Assembly (NCBI GenBank): GCA_964468895.1
Contig: CAYXWT010000026.1
Span: 1-10,750, forward strand
Direction of reading: 5' to 3'
From: an uncultured archaeon
GTDB lineage: Archaea > Iainarchaeota > Iainarchaeia > Iainarchaeales > CSSED10-239
Length of the DNA stretch: 10,750 bases
The notes beneath the pieces were generated by a model. That model saw only the letters and a list, made by a program, of their open reading frames with translations. It did no database searches and had not been told where the DNA came from. This document shows, piece by piece, positions 1-5,864 of this stretch; within the stretch, counting starts at the first letter, position 1; every line of letters starts with the position of its first letter. Made by a program: the position numbers and the translations under genes.

Positions 1-2
1 CA

Positions 3-3000
3 ATAGATAATTATTCTGTATATTATAGATCATTATTAGAAGATACAGAAGAAAATTTTGTATTTGATCCTGAATTTGAAAATTCAGCAAATTGGACTAT
101 GCAAAGACCAAATTGTTTCTTTTATGCTGTATCTAATAAAATAAATAGTTCTAGTTTAGGTTTTAATTTTGAAAATTATAATTATAATTATAGTATAAAA
201 GATGAAAATAATAATTTGATTGAAAATAATGTTATATATCTTAAAGATATTTATAGTTTTGATTTAGATTTTTTGTATTTACAAGATCTAGATTTAGAAA
301 ATAGAACTTTAGAATTAAATTCTGAATATACTTTAGATAATTTAATTTTTAAAGATATTTTATATATTGATGATAGTACTCCTTTAATAGGTGATAATAC
401 AATTTATGGAGAATTTTCAGATTATAATATAGACAATATAAATCTATACATGGGTTATGAATTTTCATTAAATACAGATTTATTTACTAACTCTTTCTTT
501 TCTAATGAAGGAAATCCATTACTTAAAACAAATATTTTTAATTTAGATAATGTTAATTCTTTAGAAATATCTCTATATGCTTATGCTAAAAGTGATTATT
601 CTATACAAATTACTACTGGTGATAGTACTGGTGAAAATAATATTTTTACTGGAGATAATATTTTAAGTTTTAGATTGTATAGTCCAAATGGTGAACTAAT
701 TGAGTCAAATATAGATGTAGAGTATATTATTAATCCACAACCATCACAATCTATTGGAACTCTAGAAAATGGAGTACTTGAGGATGTTAGTTTAAGTGTA
801 AGTCCAGAACTTATTAATTATCCTATTACTTTTACATTTACAAGTAATGATGGTTTATTTGAATACTATGAAAACAATTCTATAGAAATTACAAAATATG
901 TAAGCTCTGGTGTTAGTTTATATCATACTAATACCAATGAAATTATTACTAGTGAAAACCCATTAGTGTATTCAGTAATTAATTTAAATTTAAATAATAA
1001 TTCATCAAATAATGATTTTTTTAATAAACAATATAGATTAGTAAAATCTAATTCTGAAAATTTAGAATTAGATGATATTACTTTTAGTACTTATGCTGCT
1101 TTTGATTTTTTTGATAAAACAAGTATAGATACTTATCTAGATTCACAAAATGGAATTTCACAAATTATAGATTCTGAAGAGACTATTTTAAATTCTTATA
1201 TTAAATTAAAAAACCCTTATAATAATTTATTTTTAGGAATTCCAATACCTTGTACTTTTACAAATTTAATAAATACTACTAGTGGTATTGAATTTATTTT
1301 AGATGCAAATGCTCAAGTTACTATTTATGATGTTAATATGGATACAAACTTTAATTATGATCAACCTGGAATCGGGTTTAATAATGAAGATTTAGTAACT
1401 GTTGAACTAATTAAAGATGTTTCTGAAAATTTAACTTTAAGTTATGATGTTACAAATAATAGTTTTGAAGACTTACCTTTACAATTAAACTCAATTACTA
1501 TAGCTGAAAATCCTTTTGGAGATAATTTAAGTATATCATCAAGTTCAAATAATAATTCTATAACAGATAATTATAATATTAATTTTTATTTTAGTATCAC
1601 AGATGATTCTACTTTAGATGATGATAATTTAATTGTAGATTTAGAGTTTGTTAACACACAAGAAAATATTTCATTTGTATATAGTTTTCCTATAAATGTA
1701 AAAATACTTTCAAAAGAAAATGTTTTTGATTTTAGTAAGTTGTATGGGGCATTATCTATTCCTTGTAGTAGCGATGATGATTGTAGTGGTGTAATTCTAT
1801 ATGATTTGAAAAATAATACTAGTACTTATGATTTTAATGTGTTTATAGATGCAAATTATGAGTCTGTAGATTTTATTGATGATTTTAGTGTTAGTCAGAA
1901 CAACATTTACATGTTACCAAATGATAGTAATCAAACTACTATTATTGTAAACGGAGTTTATTCTTTAGTACCAGGTATCTTAACAGGTGTAATAGATCTA
2001 AATTGTAATGTTAAAATTAATTCTAATATTTCTTTTGATTATATTTCTGAATTACAAGTTAATATTAATTATTTACCATCAGATATTGGTGATGATTTAG
2101 CTGATAATGAACTTATAGGTAATTTTTGTTTAGGTTCAGGTGGAATAATAGATGAGGATAATATTTTTATTCTTGCAGATTGTGAGTTTGAAGATAATTC
2201 TTGTTTAAGTGGAGTAGAAGCACTTCCAAATATAGAATATGATTGGGGAAGTATTATTGATTGTGTTGAGTATAATGAAAATTCAGAGCGGTTAGATTAT
2301 AATTCAGATAAATTGCATTGTGATTCTGTTCAAATGCTTATTAATTTATATAAATTGGCAAGAGATCATGAGTTGATAAAAGATAATTCTGAGCTATATT
2401 ATATTTATTTAATGGCTGATGGTATTTCAGAGGATTTAATAAATGATTTTAATGTTTATGTTAGTAATCAATTTATTTCAGTTGATATAGAATTAGATTA
2501 CTTAGAAAATGTGTCTATTAACAAAACTGAAAATACTTCTGATGAACCAATTAATACTATTAAACCTGGTAAGTACAAAATAATAATAAATAAAGATTAT
2601 AGTCCAGGGGTGCCTTCAGATATAGATCTAAGTTTAGAATTAGTTCAAGAAATTCCATTTAGTTTAAGATCTTTATTTTATTATATGCCTTTTGATGGAA
2701 AAGTTGGTTTAAATGACAGTACTAATAAATTAGAAAGAGAGGGTTATGGTGTATCTTCTATTTATTTAAGTTCAAGTTCTAATATAAAAGTTTTGTTAGA
2801 TACTGCTGGTTTAGATGAATTAGATTTTTATAGTTCTGAAGCAGATAGCTCTGCTTTAATAAATATTAATATTGATGATTATAACAGTATTAATACTAGT
2901 GATTTCCAAAAATTACAAACTATTGAAAATAAATTATTAAGTATAAATACTATGCAAACAACTTCAGGTAGTACAGATTTTAAATTAACTTATTCTCCAA

Positions 3001-3599
3001 ATTATCCTGTGCCATTGTATGCTTTAGTTAGAGATTTACAAAATACGAATTTAAATTATAATTTAAGGATAGGACAGTATGTAGTGGCACTTAATTTTGA
3101 AAGTTTGTTAGAATGGTATGATTATAATAAGCCCCAAATTCATCTGAATGATGTATCATTGTCTAATGGTGTTGGTGCATATCTGTATTCACAAGTTATG
3201 TTAAAGGATAGGTATCCTGATAGTCCTAATGCGTTGTTAAAAACTATGTTTTATATGCCTATGGGACTAAATTTAGAAGAATATGCTTTAAATTCTAATT
3301 TAGAAGGTGTTGCGGATAACACATTACTATATTCTTTAGGTAATTTAGATGGTGATAGACAAGTTGATATTGTAAGCAATTATATTGATCAGATACGTTC
3401 TATGAAAGATATTTTAGATTTAGTTAAAACTGATAAAGCTTGTATTTATAATGGTTTAACTAATACTTATATTAAATGGTTACCAGATATTGTTGATTTT
3501 ACTGAAGAACAGAAACTGTCTATAATAAATAATTTTGAAGATTTAGATGATGAACCTTTAGAACTTGATGATTTAGAAGGTGAAACTTCAGGAACTTAA
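3..3599 (+). CDS. Giant acidic Asn/Asp/Ser/Ile-rich protein, 5'-truncated by the window edge; putative secreted or cell-surface protein of unknown function
   Basis: The frame of track ORF 99..3599 stays open back to nt 3. The 32 upstream codons have no stop and read IDNYSVYYRSLLEDTEENFVFDPEFENSANWT, the same composition as downstream, so the ATG at 99 is probably internal. At least 1198 codons; TAA stop at 3597-3599. Very few K/R and many D/E/N. Nine Cys are clustered between nt 1764 and 2321. No hydrophobic TM segment and no catalytic or binding motif I recognise. Confidence 0.75.
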   Translation: MDNYSVYYRSLLEDTEENFVFDPEFENSANWTMQRPNCFFYAVSNKINSSSLGFNFENYNYNYSIKDENNNLIENNVIYLKDIYSFDLDFLYLQDLDLENRTLELNSEYTLDNLIFKDILYIDDSTPLIGDNTIYGEFSDYNIDNINLYMGYEFSLNTDLFTNSFFSNEGNPLLKTNIFNLDNVNSLEISLYAYAKSDYSIQITTGDSTGENNIFTGDNILSFRLYSPNGELIESNIDVEYIINPQPSQSIGTLENGVLEDVSLSVSPELINYPITFTFTSNDGLFEYYENNSIEITKYVSSGVSLYHTNTNEIITSENPLVYSVINLNLNNNSSNNDFFNKQYRLVKSNSENLELDDITFSTYAAFDFFDKTSIDTYLDSQNGISQIIDSEETILNSYIKLKNPYNNLFLGIPIPCTFTNLINTTSGIEFILDANAQVTIYDVNMDTNFNYDQPGIGFNNEDLVTVELIKDVSENLTLSYDVTNNSFEDLPLQLNSITIAENPFGDNLSISSSSNNNSITDNYNINFYFSITDDSTLDDDNLIVDLEFVNTQENISFVYSFPINVKILSKENVFDFSKLYGALSIPCSSDDDCSGVILYDLKNNTSTYDFNVFIDANYESVDFIDDFSVSQNNIYMLPNDSNQTTIIVNGVYSLVPGILTGVIDLNCNVKINSNISFDYISELQVNINYLPSDIGDDLADNELIGNFCLGSGGIIDEDNIFILADCEFEDNSCLSGVEALPNIEYDWGSIIDCVEYNENSERLDYNSDKLHCDSVQMLINLYKLARDHELIKDNSELYYIYLMADGISEDLINDFNVYVSNQFISVDIELDYLENVSINKTENTSDEPINTIKPGKYKIIINKDYSPGVPSDIDLSLELVQEIPFSLRSLFYYMPFDGKVGLNDSTNKLEREGYGVSSIYLSSSSNIKVLLDTAGLDELDFYSSEADSSALININIDDYNSINTSDFQKLQTIENKLLSINTMQTTSGSTDFKLTYSPNYPVPLYALVRDLQNTNLNYNLRIGQYVVALNFESLLEWYDYNKPQIHLNDVSLSNGVGAYLYSQVMLKDRYPDSPNALLKTMFYMPMGLNLEEYALNSNLEGVADNTLLYSLGNLDGDRQVDIVSNYIDQIRSMKDILDLVKTDKACIYNGLTNTYIKWLPDIVDFTEEQKLSIINNFEDLDDEPLELDDLEGETSGT

Positions 3600-3673
3600 G
3601 ATTAGTTTTTATATCTAATAATAATCTTAAAAACAATATAATTAAAAACTTTTAAATAATTAATAGTAATACT

Positions 3674-4087
3674 ATGTTAGTTTTAAATTTATTTTTAAAT
3701 ATATTTTCAGATTTTAATTTTATATTAAAAATCTTTTTTTTTGTATTTATAGTTGGCTTTGTTAGACAAAAGATAACCCATAATGTATTGGCTTTGATTT
3801 TAATATCTTTAGGAGTTATATTTTTAATATTTTTCTATTGGCAATTATTTAGTTGGGTGTATATGATTTATATTTTAATAACAATGGGTGTTTCTTCTAT
3901 AATTGTTGATTTCTTCTTTGTTAGTATGGGTGGAGAAGGACCTGAAAAGATGGTAGGAGCTGAAGAAGGTCAAGGTAATAAAGCAATGAAAGCAAGAGAT
4001 GCAGTTCATACTGGTCTAGAAATGCAACAAAGAAATCAAACCATGAGTAGATTAAGAGCTAAACCTAAACCTCCAAGACCATTTTAA
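3674..4087 (+). CDS. Small integral membrane protein (about 3 TM helices) with a hydrophilic Gly/Ala/Glu/Gln/Arg/Pro C-terminal tail; unknown function
   Basis: 137-aa ORF. Hydrophobic stretches: FILKIFFFVFIVGFV, VLALILISLGVIFLIFFYW, WVYMIYILITMGVSSIIVDFFFVSM. Then about 50 polar residues ending RAKPKPPRPF. TAA stop. No obvious SD; start codon choice uncertain. Confidence 0.6.
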   Translation: MLVLNLFLNIFSDFNFILKIFFFVFIVGFVRQKITHNVLALILISLGVIFLIFFYWQLFSWVYMIYILITMGVSSIIVDFFFVSMGGEGPEKMVGAEEGQGNKAMKARDAVHTGLEMQQRNQTMSRLRAKPKPPRPF

Positions 4088-4121
4088 TAATATCTTTATT
4101 TAAAATTAAATTGTATTAAAT

Positions 4122-4505
4122 ATGTTTGAACAAATTAAAAATTATTTAAAAAATATAAATTCAAATAAAAGAGCTTTTTTATTTAGTTTATTTAAAACTC
4201 AGTCTTTAATTTTAAAAATAATTATAATTACTCTTTTGGTAATTTTAATAGTTCCATTATTAATGTATGCTTTTCCTATTGCAAAATATGTAATGATTGC
4301 AATAATAATCTTTTTTATATTTGATATTGTTGTTAGATCTTTTGGTAATAGTGTTTTAACATACTTAGTAACTTTAGTTTTATTATATTTTTTAGTATAT
4401 AAGTATTTATATTTAACAACAGGTGCTTTAATATTTTATTTCTTTTTAAGTGCAGGAGTAATGTCTGTGTTTGTATGGGGTACATCTAAATTTTCTAAAA
4501 AGTAG
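4122..4505 (+). CDS. Small integral membrane protein (about 4 TM helices); unknown function
   Basis: 127-aa ORF starting 34 nt after the previous stop. Four hydrophobic segments: LILKIIIITLLVILIVPLLMYAF, YVMIAIIIFFIFDIVV, VLTYLVTLVLLYFLVY, GALIFYFFLSAGVMSVFVWG. TAG stop. No recognisable motif. Confidence 0.6.
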   Translation: MFEQIKNYLKNINSNKRAFLFSLFKTQSLILKIIIITLLVILIVPLLMYAFPIAKYVMIAIIIFFIFDIVVRSFGNSVLTYLVTLVLLYFLVYKYLYLTTGALIFYFFLSAGVMSVFVWGTSKFSKK

Positions 4506-4526
4506 TTTTGGGTGTCTATTTTTAAG

Positions 4527-4600
4527 GAATCTATAGTGTAGTATGGATAGCATTTAAGCTTGCGGAGCTTAAGACTTGGGTTCAAATCCCAATAGATTCA
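4527..4600 (+). tRNA. tRNA-Arg, anticodon GCG
   Basis: Hand-folded cloverleaf, 74 nt.
- Acceptor GAATCTA/TAGATTC.
- D stem GTGT/GCAT, with G18 G19 and A20.
- Anticodon stem TAAGC/GCTTA; loop TTGCGGA (U33, GCG at 4562-4564, G37).
- 4-nt variable region.
- T arm TTGGG-TTCAAAT-CCCAA.
- Discriminator A; no encoded CCA.
It is a local GC-rich island in AT-rich DNA. Confidence 0.9.
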
Positions 4601-4631
4601 TATTAAAAACTTTTCTGTAATAAGATAATTT

Positions 4632-4847
4632 ATGCGTTGGAAAAGAGCAACTTTAGTAATTATAATTATTTTGTTATTATTTATGGTTGTTTCAGATTGG
4701 ACTAGTTGTAAAGGTTCTTGTGGATCTTCACAAATACATAATTCTCAACAAATATTTACATTTATATTAGCTTTTACTGCAATTTTAATTTATTTTTCTT
4801 TAAGTTTGTGGGGTAACTATAAAGATAAGTACATTTCTAAGAAATAA
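4632..4847 (+). CDS. Very small membrane protein (2 TM helices, Cys-containing loop CKGSCGSS); unknown function
   Basis: 71-aa ORF starting 31 nt after tRNA-Arg. Hydrophobic segments ATLVIIIILLLFMVVS and IFTFILAFTAILIYFSLSLWG. TAA stop. No SD. Short length lowers confidence. Confidence 0.5.
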   Translation: MRWKRATLVIIIILLLFMVVSDWTSCKGSCGSSQIHNSQQIFTFILAFTAILIYFSLSLWGNYKDKYISKK

Positions 4848-5023
4848 TTTTTAAATTGCTATTAAAATAATCTTATTTTTAGATATTATTTAATTTGTTT
4901 TTCTAATTAATTCGCTGTGTTTTTGCTTATAATCTGTATTTAGAGCTTTAGATAAACATACATTTAAAAACCTTTAGTACTATATCTTATTATTCATTAT
5001 AGTAAAAATATACTAAAAAACAT

Positions 5024-5028
5024 GGGGG
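5024..5028 (+). promoter_or_regulatory. Shine-Dalgarno-like GGGGG upstream of the HU gene
   Basis: G5 run 9 nt upstream of the ATG at 5038. It is the only purine/G-rich patch in the 190-nt AT-rich intergenic region. Confidence 0.5.
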
Positions 5029-5037
5029 TTTTTAAAT

Positions 5038-5307
5038 ATGAATAAAAAAACATTAATAGAAGAAATAGCTAAAGAGTCTGAATTATCAAAATCAAAAATC
5101 GAAGCAACATTAAATTTAACATTAGGTTCTATGAAAAAAGTTATTAAAAAACACGGTAAATTACAACTTGTTGGTTTTGGAACTTTTAAAGTTAAAAAAA
5201 GAAAAGCAAGAAACGGTGTTAATCCACAAACTGGAGAAAAAATTAAAATTAAAGCATCTAAAACTTGTACTTTTAAAGTTGGTAAAGCATTCAAGGAAAC
5301 ATTATAA
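5038..5307 (+). CDS. hup: HU/IHF-family histone-like DNA-binding protein
   Basis: 89 aa, collinear with bacterial HU over its whole length. It has the MNKxxLIxxIA N-terminus, LxGFGTFxV, and the beta-arm RKARNGVNPQTGEKIKIKASK with the conserved NPxTGE proline, followed by FKxGKAFK. SD present; TAA stop. Confidence 0.93.
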   Translation: MNKKTLIEEIAKESELSKSKIEATLNLTLGSMKKVIKKHGKLQLVGFGTFKVKKRKARNGVNPQTGEKIKIKASKTCTFKVGKAFKETL

Positions 5308-5328
5308 ATTTTTTTATAATTTTTTTTT
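5302..5328 (+). terminator. Weak A/T-only hairpin plus long T tracts after the HU gene (candidate intrinsic terminator)
   Basis: TTATAA (5302-5307, overlapping the stop), a 6-nt loop, then TTATAA (5314-5319), followed by T9 (5320-5328) and further T5 and T8 runs. The stem has no G-C pair, so the T tracts carry most of the argument. Confidence 0.3.
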
Positions 5329-5427
5329 CTTTTTCTATTTTTTTTAAATATATTATATTTAAACAATCCCAGAAATCTATTAAAAAGGTTTGTATTCTAA
5401 TTATATTATTAAAAGGATTGATTCATT

Positions 5428-5704
5428 ATGAAAAATATATATAATATAGATAATAGTGGTAGAATAAAACTACCAAATAATATAAATTCAAAAGAATTTA
5501 TTATAGACTTTAATTTATTTAATAATACAATATTTTTATATTTCACTACTTCTTGTCATCATCACTAAATATAATTCTAAAAAAATATATTTAGATCAGA
5601 AAAATAGAATTTTAATACCAGTAAGTATTAGAAAATCTTTAAATTTATCAAAATTTGTAAATTTATACTTTCTTAAAGATTGTATAATCATAAGTAAAGT
5701 TTAA
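5428..5704 (+). pseudogene. Tandem SpoVT/AbrB-type (MraZ-like, two DXXXR motifs) regulator gene split between two reading frames
   Basis: Frame 1: ATG 5428 to TAA 5566-5568 gives MKNIYNIDNSGRIKLPNNINSKEFIIDFNLFNNTIFLYFTTSCHHH, with DNSGR plus RIKLP. The +1 frame is open from 5507 to TAA 5702-5704, has no ATG/GTG/TTG, and encodes ...KKIYLDQKNRILIPVSIRKSLNLSKFVNLYFLKDCIIISKV, with DQKNR plus ILIPxxIRxxL. An AAGGA SD-like sequence lies 10 nt before 5428. Not in the supplied ORF track. Confidence 0.45.
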
Positions 5705-5705
5705 T

Positions 5706-5778
5706 GGTTTATGTAGTGTAATGGTTAGCATATAAGTCTGTGGAATTTATGGTTCGGGTTCAAATCCCGGCATAAACC
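5706..5778 (+). tRNA. tRNA-His, anticodon GTG, with genome-encoded G-1
   Basis: Hand-folded cloverleaf.
- G-1 at 5706 lies opposite discriminator C73 at 5778.
- Acceptor GTTTATG/CATAAAC.
- D stem GTGT/GCAT.
- Anticodon stem TAAGT/ATTTA; loop CTGTGGA (GTG).
- T arm TCGGG-TTCAAAT-CCCGG.
- No encoded CCA. Confidence 0.9.
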
Positions 5779-5850
5779 CTAATTTTATTTTTTTAAGGAA
5801 TATTCTAGAAATACATATTTATAAAAATAATTATATCTAAATAATATATA

Positions 5851-5855
5851 GGGAG
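5851..5855 (+). promoter_or_regulatory. Shine-Dalgarno GGGAG upstream of hisS
   Basis: GGGAG lies 9 nt upstream of the ATG at 5865. Confidence 0.55.
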
Positions 5856-5864
5856 AACATAATT

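Noticed and set aside
99-3599. Asn/Asp codon-rich stretches (AAT/GAT runs) as microsatellite or tandem-repeat DNA
   Set aside because: By eye there is no exact periodic nucleotide unit. The bias is compositional, arises within an open reading frame, and is explained by low-complexity coding sequence.
3598-3628. Inverted repeat AAGATTA ... TAATCTT just after the giant ORF, as a possible intrinsic terminator
   Set aside because: The stem is 7 bp with a single G-C pair, the loop is 17 nt, and it is followed by an A run instead of a T run on the coding strand. This is too weak to call.
5013-5366. 117-aa ORF on the minus strand from the ORF track
   Set aside because: It lies entirely antisense to the well-supported HU gene (5038..5307). 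Its product is low-complexity K/F/L-rich with no motif. Long shadow ORFs are expected opposite real genes in AT-rich DNA.
5683-5688. Perfect TATAAT 18 nt upstream of tRNA-His, with similar -10-like hexamers at 4928-4933, 4998-5003 and 10070-10075
   Set aside because: In DNA that is about three quarters A+T, such hexamers occur by chance many times per kb. None has a convincing -35 partner at 16-18 nt. They are not reportable as promoters without transcript mapping.
5779-5864. Possible T-box riboswitch or attenuator leader between tRNA-His and hisS
   Set aside because: Only 86 nt are available, almost pure A/T. There is no specifier-loop or T-box consensus-like G/C-containing segment and no stable terminator/antiterminator stems. 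T-box leaders are typically 200 nt or more.
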